A stretch of 59,753 nt of DNA from Blastocatellia bacterium. GTDB taxonomy: Bacteria > Acidobacteriota > Blastocatellia > UBA7656. This document shows positions 27,101 to 35,089 of the stretch, in pieces (position 1 is the stretch's first letter; every line of letters begins with the position of its first letter). Both the position numbers and the translations under genes were made by a program. Location of the stretch: contig JBBWZK010000221.1 in the NCBI GenBank assembly GCA_039648975.1, positions 1 to 59,753 on the forward strand, in the 5' to 3' direction. The notes beneath the pieces were generated by a model, which saw only the letters and a program-made list of their open reading frames with translations, made no database searches and was not told the DNA's origin.

Positions 27101-28678
27101 GCCAGCGGTAGCCGGCGCGGTGTAAAGTCCGGTGCTGGTAATCGTGCCGCCGTCTGTCGACCAGTTGATGCCGGCAGCTTTCGCGCCGGTGATGATCGCC
27201 GTAAATTGCAGGCTCTGGCCGGCATTGATCGATGCCTTTACCGGGCTGATGCTGACGATAGCGCTAAAGCCCGCGCCGTAAACCATGACGTTGTTGACGG
27301 CGGCCATCGTGTTGACCAGCGACGCCGTCACCAGCAGCGGGTATACAGGCCGCGCCTGGCTCGTGTAGATCAGTTCGCCATTTTTATAGTAATGGACGGC
27401 TTTTCCCTCGATTGCGATGCGAAAGACGTTGCCGGATTTGTATTTTACCTTACCCTTAACGACGCCGTTCTCGATGAACAATGCCTTGCGGGCGCTGTTG
27501 AGCTTGATGGCAAAGTTGATGTCGTCTGCGGCGGCGTGAATGGCGTTGCTGTTGCTCAAGCCGCAAACCCGCTCTTTGTCTGCATCAATGGCCGTGAACT
27601 CAACATAGGCATCACCTTCGGCGACGGTTTGTAGCGACGTCGCGCTGGCGTCATCCAGATTGTTGTTGCCGGCGGTCTTCTGCACGCTGTTGTCGCGCGC
27701 CGAGCTGTTGATCAGGTTCGTCCATACCAGCGTCGATGCGACCGTCGGCGGCACCGCAGCAATGAAGACATCCTGGCGCGAGCCACCCGCGCCGGCGCTG
27801 TAGAGAGCGAAGCCCCCGTCGCGCGACAGCCTCTCATGCGGCAAGGTGTTTGCCGCTTCACCCGCGACGCTCAACCAATCGCGCGTCGCGCTCTGCGGCG
27901 AAACCTCCGCGTCGGCGGCGGGCGCAAGCTGCACGGCGTCGCTCTGCGACTCGGTCGCAAAGCGCCATGCGCGCGTCGTCGCGCCATTGATGACGAGCGC
28001 CTGACCCGATTGATTAAAGTCGGCATTTGTAAAATTGGCTACACCTGCCGTCGGGTCGTTCAGGTCGAAAGAGTAGACGCTATCGCTCAGGCGATCCCAG
28101 ACGATGACCGCGCGCCACGCACTCGCGCCGGCTTCGCGCCACGCAAAAGCGAAGCGCTGATCGGCAGCCTGTGGCTTGCTCAAGCGGGCGACTTCGCCGC
28201 GCCCTAGATGGCCGGAAAAATCTTTGATCACGTGGCTGCGGCGCGTCACCATATCGTAAGCGGCGAGGCGTATCGCGCCGTCCGCCGTGTCGAGTCCATA
28301 TAGGGTGTCGGCGTCGGCGGCTGACCACTGGAGCGAATCGGCGTCGAGCGATTCGCGGTCAAACAGCGGCCCTTCTTTCAATAGGTTCATGCTCGCCGCA
28401 TCGAAGCGGTAGAGCGTCGCCGCGCCGTCCAGATTGACGACGAAGCGCGTCGCGTCCGCATTAAAACTTGTCGTTGGAATTACATTTGCGGAAAGCGCGT
28501 CACTTTCGTCGGTGACACGCAGAATGCGCCTGTTGTGCAGGGCATCAACATAGATGCTGCCGGCATGCGGCAAGAAGGCGGATGCGGAATCGTCGCGGCG
28601 CGCACGGCTGGCGATAACCGTCTGTTGCACCATCATCAACGCGACGATCATCCAGACGATGAAAGTCTTGAATCTCAT
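24185..28678 (-). CDS. Large secreted modular protein: degenerate propeller, SPRY/ConA-like module, Ig-like, FN3 x2, His-rich propeller, FN3, SPRY/ConA-like module
   Basis: Signal peptide; three DTxPPVIS/VS...WxTDxxSDxxxxYG...YHxRVxSRDAAGN FN3 repeats; poly-Gly linkers; internal duplications and paralogy to 14299-16242. Confidence 0.85.
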   Translation of the reverse strand: MRFKTFIVWMIVALMMVQQTVIASRARRDDSASAFLPHAGSIYVDALHNRRILRVTDESDALSANVIPTTSFNADATRFVVNLDGAATLYRFDAASMNLLKEGPLFDRESLDADSLQWSAADADTLYGLDTADGAIRLAAYDMVTRRSHVIKDFSGHLGRGEVARLSKPQAADQRFAFAWREAGASAWRAVIVWDRLSDSVYSFDLNDPTAGVANFTNADFNQSGQALVINGATTRAWRFATESQSDAVQLAPAADAEVSPQSATRDWLSVAGEAANTLPHERLSRDGGFALYSAGAGGSRQDVFIAAVPPTVASTLVWTNLINSSARDNSVQKTAGNNNLDDASATSLQTVAEGDAYVEFTAIDADKERVCGLSNSNAIHAAADDINFAIKLNSARKALFIENGVVKGKVKYKSGNVFRIAIEGKAVHYYKNGELIYTSQARPVYPLLVTASLVNTMAAVNNVMVYGAGFSAIVSISPVKASINAGQSLQFTAIITGAKAAGINWSTDGGTITSTGLYTAPATAGTYTVRATLAADPRATARASVTVNPGADTIPPVISAVASSGVTASTATVNWTTDEASDSTVDYGATTAYGASAANSARVTGHSMALSGLVAGTTYHYRVKSRDAAGNLATSNDYTFATGASGGGGGGGGGTEPVISVLSTGGLTTSGASVTWTTDKGSDTQLEYGTSASYGSSTTLSTSMVTNHSATLAGLAAGAMYHFRVKSRDAAGNLLVSGDQTFMTASTAGGGGGGGGGGVDPLKTDKNVYAEPAPPALPAAGGTIVDPVFGTTILRITDERDGTSNYNSYSYWPSLNRNSTRLMVFISDGDPTLYDFDPVNFRISNKRALFRAVLPGGGYPWNDDVTWSGNDPDIIYCHSGMKIYSYNVAANSYTLVKDFTGQAPGANLYQMSKSIDDNGFGFTLKDANWNVIGYLGWQRTQNNLYTAQTTEVDEVQVDKSGQYLTILTGNQGTASAIECKIINLQTRSVANVTDGAPDFSPGHHDSGNGVVIGFDNWNNAYNSRQLANPHQFFNVLSLGNDWSQGSHVSLLDDGDGWMLVSLFVATSLPNSGLFKNELLLVSTDGTQRVRRVAHHHSVFRDYWDEPRANLSRDGQFAVFTSNWGSSSRRDAFIVKIPPPPSGGGGDTTPPVVSAVAAANLTAAGATINWATNEASDTQIDYGTTASYGSSTALNSTRVTSHSASLSGFVANITYHFRVRSRDAAGNLTISGDMLFTTPGAGSGGGGGGGGGGGGGTTQNVVWTSVVNCTASGNTLQKTGGRDDSADAGARSQQSLASGDGYLQFTAQETNKLRFCGLARNPVGTDFAGIDYAIKLTDYSIAEVREANVYMGETAYRSGDVFRISVEGGGVKYYKNGTVFYTSSRAVSYPLIADTSFIPLGGSIANAVMAATTGTLAMSSAPQPLSAGATLLAVQPGATDRLAPSCRAMRACLSDVLSAAMNEAMPMAARRAIAWRIPSLDHRRSALPRPSHAAFVS

Positions 28679-29167
28679 GCTTAACCTCACTCTTCACTTG
28701 TGACTGATTGCCGGATTGAGGGCCGCAACAGTGACGCAAATCTGCGTTTCGGTCTCGTGAGGGGCGAGACGGTTGAAGCGCGCCGACCAGTCGCGCCGCT
28801 TGCGCGAGCGCTTGGCCGCTTCTGGCGCAGACCCGTTTATCGCTTCAGGGTTCGCGCCAAGTGTGCGCGAACCGCCGTCGATAGACCTGGTGAAGCCGCT
28901 TGCGGCTTGCTTGAAACGCAGCCTGTCGTGAGGTTCAGTAATGACGGTGAATGTTGTGGAGTCGTTCTGTTGTTCATCTCATGCCTCATCTTGATCGCTT
29001 GCCTGTTGTGGCATGGAGCTGCTTGATGCAGCCTCTCGTTGCCGTCAACGTTGCGATTTGGGATACGCCACGACCACAGTCGTGGCAAAACGCAATCGGG
29101 GACTGCCTGTGAAGATGGAGTGAGATGAGCCACAGGGAGGGTGCATCTCACTTCGGCAGCCAGACAT

Positions 29168-29257
29168 CCTTTGCGATTTTGGATTTTAGAGTTTGGATTA
29201 GAGGGCGCATTGCGCTGATTCTCTTAATCCAAAATCGGCAATCCAAAATCGCAAAGG
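29168..29257. repeat. Inverted repeat built from TTTGGAT-type heptamers
   Basis: Perfect 18-bp arms CCTTTGCGATTTTGGATT (29168-29185) and AATCCAAAATCGCAAAGG (29240-29257). Confidence 0.8.
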
Positions 29258-29829
29258 CCATGGCTTTGCGACCCGGAATCACTTCCGGTGTGCCTTTATC
29301 GGTGAAACGACCGCGCTGCCTCTTACGAGCCGGCGCGGATTTTGGCGGGATTGGTTACAGTTTGGGAAACCGATTGCCATCACGATTCCAAAGTCGAACA
29401 GTGATGCTGATCACAAACTGCGCCAGTCCCACGCCGTCAAAGAACGATAGATTGGTCGCTTATCAACCGTTGCGCGCCTTCACGAAAATTGCGGATGATG
29501 CGGACAAGGTGATACGGGGCCAACCGCGCCGAATAGTGAGCAATCAGCGTTCCACCTGAATGGGGACTCTCGCCTATATAGAGGAATGCGGTGGCGCAAG
29601 TCTTGGCGGCCAGTCTGAATTTTTTTCATAGCGGCCCAGCGCCAGGCGTGTAAATTATGCAGGCTTGGCGGACGGGCTCCTGTAGAACCAGGCGGCCACT
29701 GGCATGACGTTTTTCAAGGCTGCGCCTCTTCTTCACGCCAGCGTAATCTGTTCTAGAAAATACCCGGCATTCGACATTTTCTTACTTTGAATCGTTCTGC
29801 ACGACGCGGTCAGCGGATTCGAGGAGGAG

Positions 29830-31083
29830 ATGAAATCAGCCATCGCCATCGCAACGCACAAAGACAACGCGACTGCGCTGCCCGTGCCCGTCGAAAACGC
29901 CAAGCGCGATACGGCCTGGCCGGTTCTGGCAAGAGACAAGGTTTCGGTTGTCAGCATCAGCGATTTCGCGTTGCTCGATAGCGTTACCGATAAGTGGGAA
30001 GACCTCGCGGCGCAAGCCATCGAGCCGAATCCGTTTTATGAACACTGGATGCTGCGGCCCGCGCTCGCGCATCTCGGCGCGGGCGCTGACCTGCGCGTCG
30101 TGCTGATCTTTGCCCCCAACCGCGCGCGCCCCACCGAGCCGCTGCTGTGCGGCGTTTTTCCGCTTGAGCGCCGCCCTCGGCACAAAGGGATACCGTGCCG
30201 CACGCTCAGCCTGTGGCGGCACAAGTTCTGCCAACTGGCGACGCCGCTCGTTCGCGCCTCGCACGCGCAGGAGACGATGGAAGCCTTCTTCGCATGGCTG
30301 GCCGCCGCCGACCACGGCTGCACCTTGATGGAGTTCAACCGCGTCAGCGGCGAAGGCGCGTTCCATCACCTGTTCGTCGATCATCTTGATCACAACGCCG
30401 TGTTGCATGCCGCCGGCGATTGCTTTGCGCGGGCGATCTTTCGCCCGGCGAGCGACGCTGAGACTTACCTGCGCACGGTGCTATCGACTAAACATCGCAA
30501 AGCGCGGCGGCGGCATGAACAGCAACTTGCCGCAAGCGGCGCGGTCGAATACGTCGCGCTTGAAGCGGGTGGCGATGTGCAGGGCTGGCTCGAAGAATTT
30601 ATCGCCCTCGAAGCGAGCGGCTGGAAGGGGCGCGAGCGTAGCGCGCTGGCGTCGTCAGCCGCCGACCAGCAATTTTTTGTAAGCGCCGCTACAGAAGCAT
30701 TCCGGCGCGACCGCTTCGAGATGCTGGCCTTGCGCCACAATGGGCGAATGATCGCGGCGCGCTGCGGCTTTGCGGCGGCCCCCGGCGCGTACACCTTCAA
30801 GATTGCCTATGACGAAAGTTACGCCCAGTGGTCGCCGGGCGTGCTGCTTGAGATTGAGAACATCCGCCGCCTGCACGGCGATCCGCAGATTCGCTGGATG
30901 GACTCGTTCACCTCGCGCGATAACGCGATGTTCAATCGCTTATGGCGGGATCGCCTGCTGCTGCGCGACGTGACGGTCGGCACGGGCAGCCGTCGCGCTG
31001 ATCTGATCATCTCGCTGCTGCCGTTGTTGCGATGGCTCAAGCGCCGCACGACACGCGCCGCGCATGCGCCGCAGGAATACTGA
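29830..31083 (+). CDS. GNAT/Fem-fold protein, CelD/BcsL (Acetyltransf_6)-like, #1
   Basis: GAGGAG RBS; EPNPFYEHWML, RKARRRHEQQL, EASGWKG, FKIAYDESYAQWSPGVLL. Confidence 0.85.
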   Translation: MKSAIAIATHKDNATALPVPVENAKRDTAWPVLARDKVSVVSISDFALLDSVTDKWEDLAAQAIEPNPFYEHWMLRPALAHLGAGADLRVVLIFAPNRARPTEPLLCGVFPLERRPRHKGIPCRTLSLWRHKFCQLATPLVRASHAQETMEAFFAWLAAADHGCTLMEFNRVSGEGAFHHLFVDHLDHNAVLHAAGDCFARAIFRPASDAETYLRTVLSTKHRKARRRHEQQLAASGAVEYVALEAGGDVQGWLEEFIALEASGWKGRERSALASSAADQQFFVSAATEAFRRDRFEMLALRHNGRMIAARCGFAAAPGAYTFKIAYDESYAQWSPGVLLEIENIRRLHGDPQIRWMDSFTSRDNAMFNRLWRDRLLLRDVTVGTGSRRADLIISLLPLLRWLKRRTTRAAHAPQEY

Positions 31084-31100
31084 TCAATCGTTCGAGTGTT

Positions 31101-32414
31101 ATGATGAATTCCACGCCAACTGTCAAATCAGCCGCTGCGGCAATGCCGGGCCAGCCTCGCATCAACGACGCGATGATTAGCGAACACCATCACACCACCT
31201 CGCAGCCCCGCGTCGTTTTGCCGCATCAGCGCAGGATGTACGCGGTTGCCGTAGAAGACCCGGCGGAGCTTGAACCATATGCGAGCGATTGGGACGCGCT
31301 CGCCGAATCGCTTATCGAGCCGAATCCTTTTTACGAACGCTGGATGCTTGAGCCGGCGCTTGCGCCGTTCGGCAAAGACAGGCGCTTGATCTTCGTCTTC
31401 ATCTTCGCAGCAGACACCTTGGAGCCATCCGCGCGGCCCGTGCTCTGCGGCTTATTTCCGCTCGATGTGAGCAAACGCTATGACGGCATGGGCAAGCCTC
31501 TGCCGCTTAAAACCATCGGCATGTGGAAGCACAAATACTGTTATCTCTGCACGCCGCTGATGCGCGATGAGGGCGCGGCTGAAACTCTCGACGCCTTCTT
31601 CGCGTGGCTTGACGGCTACGGCCACGGCGCGGCGCTGATGGATTTTCGTTATGTTGCCGAAGGGCCGTTTTACCGCGCGCTCGCAGATTATCTAGACCGC
31701 GCGCAGCGTCCGCATTATCTGGCGCAATCGTTCACGCGGGCGCTGCTACGCGGGCGCGACGATGCGCCGGGCTACCTGCGCGAAGCGCTGTCGCGGGAGC
31801 ATCGCAAAGACCTGCGGCGCAAAGAGCGGCGGCTGGCCGAGACCGGTAAGCTTGAATACGCCGCGATGGATGCAGCGAGCGACCCGCGCGCCTGGATTGC
31901 TGAATATACGGAAGTCGAAAAGATCAGTTGGAAAGGCAAGCAGGGCGTCGCGTTGTTGAGCACGCCGGGCGAGCGCGAATTCTTCGAGACCATCGCGCTG
32001 GAAGCCTTCGCGCGTGGTCGCTTGATGATGCTGACTTTGCGCTCGGAAGGCCGCGCCATTGCCTGCAAGTGCAACTTCATCGCCGGGCGCGGCGCGTATG
32101 CTTTCAAGATCGCTTATGACGATGAATATGCGCCGTCATCGCCGGGCATTCTGCTGGAAATAGAAAACATTCGCCGCCTGCATGCGAGCGCGGCACTGGA
32201 TTGGATGGACTCGTGCGCTGATCCGAGCAACGCCATGATCAATCGCCTGTGGCTCGACCGTTTGCCTGTGCAGAGCATCGCCGTCAGCGCTGCTCGGCGC
32301 GGCCAGTTGGCTGTGGCGCTGATGCCTTTGTTGAAGTGGTTCAACCGCCAGGTATTTCGCCGCGACCTGGCGCGCCGCAAACGCGCCGGCGACATTCAGA
32401 TGATCGATAGGTGA
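31101..32414 (+). CDS. GNAT/Fem-fold protein, CelD/BcsL-like, #2 (tandem paralog of #1)
   Basis: EPNPFYERWML, RKDLRRKERRL, EKISWKG, FKIAYDDEYAPSSPGILLEIENIRRLH. Start codon uncertain. Confidence 0.85.
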   Translation: MMNSTPTVKSAAAAMPGQPRINDAMISEHHHTTSQPRVVLPHQRRMYAVAVEDPAELEPYASDWDALAESLIEPNPFYERWMLEPALAPFGKDRRLIFVFIFAADTLEPSARPVLCGLFPLDVSKRYDGMGKPLPLKTIGMWKHKYCYLCTPLMRDEGAAETLDAFFAWLDGYGHGAALMDFRYVAEGPFYRALADYLDRAQRPHYLAQSFTRALLRGRDDAPGYLREALSREHRKDLRRKERRLAETGKLEYAAMDAASDPRAWIAEYTEVEKISWKGKQGVALLSTPGEREFFETIALEAFARGRLMMLTLRSEGRAIACKCNFIAGRGAYAFKIAYDDEYAPSSPGILLEIENIRRLHASAALDWMDSCADPSNAMINRLWLDRLPVQSIAVSAARRGQLAVALMPLLKWFNRQVFRRDLARRKRAGDIQMIDR

Positions 32415-32481
32415 GTGAAGTTTCCATGTAGAGGTGGCCCTGCGGTGGTCGCCCCTATCTGAAAACAGCGGGTTAAGTGTT

Positions 32482-33396
32482 ATGGCATCAAGCAGCGTTT
32501 TACGAATGAATGAATCGCGTTTTGCTGAAGGTTCGAGCAAGCCTTCGCCGCGACGGCTCGAAATCAACTCCGACGAATTTCGCGCCGGCTTCAATCGACA
32601 GCCGTTTCCCATCGGCCATCATCTCGCCGGTCATCCGCTATTCGAGTTGCCGCGCTTGCTTGAGCTGGCGGCGCGTCTGCCCGAAGCGTGCGTCGCCTAC
32701 AACGCCGGCGACATCTCGGTCGCCGAAGGCTTGTATCGTGGGCCGCGCAATGGTCTGTCCGTCGAAGAGACCATCCGCCGCATCGAAGACTGCCAGTCGT
32801 GGATGGTCTTGAAGCATGTCGAAGCCGATGCCGAATACAACGCGCTGCTCGATAGTTGTCTCGACGAAGTGCAAGCCTTATCGGAGCCGTTAGCGCCGGG
32901 CATGCGCAAGCGTGAAGGCTTCATCTTCATCAGCTCGCCGCGTTCGGTGACGCCTTATCATCTGGACCCTGAGTATAATTTTCTCTTGCAGATTCGCGGC
33001 AGCAAGACGGTGCATATTTGGAATCCCCATGATCCTGCGGTGCTCACGGACGAAGAGCTTGAAGATTTCTTCACCTCGGAAGAGCAGAAGAATTTGAAGT
33101 TCAAAGACGACTACGAGCAGAAGGCTTCTGTATACGAGCTGACGCCGGGACGCGGCTTGCATTTTCCGGTGACCTCGCCGCACTGGGTGCAGAACGGCGA
33201 CGGCGTGTCGGTGTCATTCAGCATTACCTTTCAAACGCCGGCGAGCGAACGCCGCGCCGTGGTTTACGGCGTCAACGCGGCCTTGCGCCGTCGCGGCTTT
33301 AAGCCGACGCCGGCTGGCCGTTCGGCCATACTGGATACGATGAAATACAACGCCTGGCGCGTCGCACGTCGCGTGAAACGAGCAATGGGCAGTTAG
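32482..33396 (+). CDS. JmjC/cupin-like Fe(II)/2OG oxygenase
   Basis: TPYHLDPEYNFLLQIRGSK (HxD) and PHWVQN (distal His) form the facial triad. Confidence 0.85.
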   Translation: MASSSVLRMNESRFAEGSSKPSPRRLEINSDEFRAGFNRQPFPIGHHLAGHPLFELPRLLELAARLPEACVAYNAGDISVAEGLYRGPRNGLSVEETIRRIEDCQSWMVLKHVEADAEYNALLDSCLDEVQALSEPLAPGMRKREGFIFISSPRSVTPYHLDPEYNFLLQIRGSKTVHIWNPHDPAVLTDEELEDFFTSEEQKNLKFKDDYEQKASVYELTPGRGLHFPVTSPHWVQNGDGVSVSFSITFQTPASERRAVVYGVNAALRRRGFKPTPAGRSAILDTMKYNAWRVARRVKRAMGS

Positions 33397-33725
33397 AACA
33401 AGGTTAGAATGCCAACCCTCTCATCTTCAGCTAAAGATTGAACAGCCTCATAGTTTGACCGCAATATGAATTCTATATCGCCTGTCGTGCAGTTGCCTCG
33501 CCGTATCCATATCACTTTCGGAGGGAATCCCAACATCACATTTAAATCGCTGAAATCGGCGTCTCTAGTCACAATGATGAATTCATTGTCACGCGCATAC
33601 TGCCAGATCACCGGATCAGTAGAGGTATCCAGTCCGATCAAATAAACGTGGTTTGAGTCTGGATAAAGATCGATAAGGCGACGGATAAGACGTGGCGACA
33701 GATTCTGATCGAATAGTAATTTCAA
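33393..33725 (-). CDS. DUF5615-family PIN-like toxin
   Basis: MKLLFDQNLS...D..IWQYA...IIVTRDADF...PPKVIWIR. Confidence 0.88.
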   Translation of the reverse strand: MKLLFDQNLSPRLIRRLIDLYPDSNHVYLIGLDTSTDPVIWQYARDNEFIIVTRDADFSDLNVMLGFPPKVIWIRRGNCTTGDIEFILRSNYEAVQSLAEDERVGILTLF

Positions 33726-33946
33726 ACCTCAATCACCATCTGTTGATGTTCACGGTCAGCAGCATAGCTGAGGCAGGCAAGAATATCTTCTCTAGTGAGG
33801 TAGGGAAAATCATCAAGAACCTCTTGCTCACTCATGCCAGCAGCAAGATAAGACAGCACGTCATAGACGGTGATTCGCATCCCTCTGATGCAAGGCTTGC
33901 CGCCGCGCTTACCAGGCTCAATCGTGATTCGGTCTTTGTAGCTCAT
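33722..33946 (-). CDS. DUF433-family antitoxin
   Basis: RITIEPGKRGGKPCIRGMRITV...EVLDDFPYLTREDILACLSYAA; ATGA overlap with the toxin gene. Confidence 0.9.
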   Translation of the reverse strand: MSYKDRITIEPGKRGGKPCIRGMRITVYDVLSYLAAGMSEQEVLDDFPYLTREDILACLSYAADREHQQMVIEV

Positions 33947-33990
33947 ACCCGGATATTAGCACAGCGGTATATCGTTGAGCAGTCCAATTC

Positions 33991-35046
33991 TCATTCGCTC
34001 ACGGGCTGCACAAAGACGGTTTCGAGGTCTTGATCGGCTTCCGTCAGGTGCCAGGAACTCGCCGCTCGCAGGGTGCTTGCCTGCGCGTCCCGGTCGGCTA
34101 CGGCGACTTGAAAGCCGCGCTCGTCGCGGGCGATGAAGCCGTGCCTGAGCAGTCGCCGCGCCATCGCGCAGCCTTCCGTCATGCATAGTTCCAATCGCGC
34201 GCAGCCCCAGGCGGTGGCGTATTCGATCACCAGCCGCAACAGCGCGTCAATCAAGCGCGCGTCGTTCGCGCTGAAGATGTCCATGATGGCCGCTTCGTGG
34301 CCAGACTTTTCAAGCGTAATGAATCCTACCAACTCGCCATCGCGCCGCATGGCCAGGGCTTTCTGGTTGCCGCTGCGGTAACGCCACGCCAGATACCGAC
34401 GGTCGCGCACGCCAGCCACCGGATGCGTTGGCGTCGCCGTAGCGAACAAGGCATCGAATTCGTCGCCGAACTCGAAGACTTCGCTGACCGTGAAACCGCG
34501 CGCGTCGCTCTTCGTCAGCCGATCCAAGACCAGAATCGGCAGGCCGGCGAGCCGCGCCTCGAACTTCGTCGGCACACGCGAAAAGGCCGCTTGATACGCG
34601 CCCTGACTGGTCAGCGGGCGCACCCAGCGGCGATAGCTGGTCACCAGATGCGAGCCGGCTTTGACCAGCGCGCCCAGGTTGTTCGGCGTCGGCGGGCCAT
34701 ACATGAACTCGATGCCGGCCTCGCACATGCCTGCGAAACTGGCAACGTGCAGTTGGGTCGCCAAGCCCCTGCGCCGCACACGCGGTTCGATGTAACAATC
34801 ACCGCCGATGCTCCCCAGGCGTTCGCGCCCGCCGACCATCACGCGGCGCGGAAAGATCGATGTGCAGCCGACCGCCTCACCGCTATTGCTTTCAATCGCC
34901 AGCCACGTCAGCGCACCGCCATGCGGGTTGTCGCGATAAAGCCAGTCGTAACGCGCCGCGACATCGCCGGCATAAACGTTTTTCATTAACCGGATGACAT
35001 GCGCCCGGTCATCATAGGTTGCTTTACGAATCTCGAATTCACTCAT
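33991..35046 (-). CDS. Two-domain GNAT-family N-acyltransferase, #3
   Basis: YDWLYRDNP, DCYIEPRVRRRGLA (acyl-CoA motif A), FMYGPP, RYLAWRY. Confidence 0.8.
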   Translation of the reverse strand: MSEFEIRKATYDDRAHVIRLMKNVYAGDVAARYDWLYRDNPHGGALTWLAIESNSGEAVGCTSIFPRRVMVGGRERLGSIGGDCYIEPRVRRRGLATQLHVASFAGMCEAGIEFMYGPPTPNNLGALVKAGSHLVTSYRRWVRPLTSQGAYQAAFSRVPTKFEARLAGLPILVLDRLTKSDARGFTVSEVFEFGDEFDALFATATPTHPVAGVRDRRYLAWRYRSGNQKALAMRRDGELVGFITLEKSGHEAAIMDIFSANDARLIDALLRLVIEYATAWGCARLELCMTEGCAMARRLLRHGFIARDERGFQVAVADRDAQASTLRAASSWHLTEADQDLETVFVQPVSE

Positions 35047-35089
35047 AGCAGTTCACATTTTCCGCGCTCGAAGGCACGGCATTTTTGGG

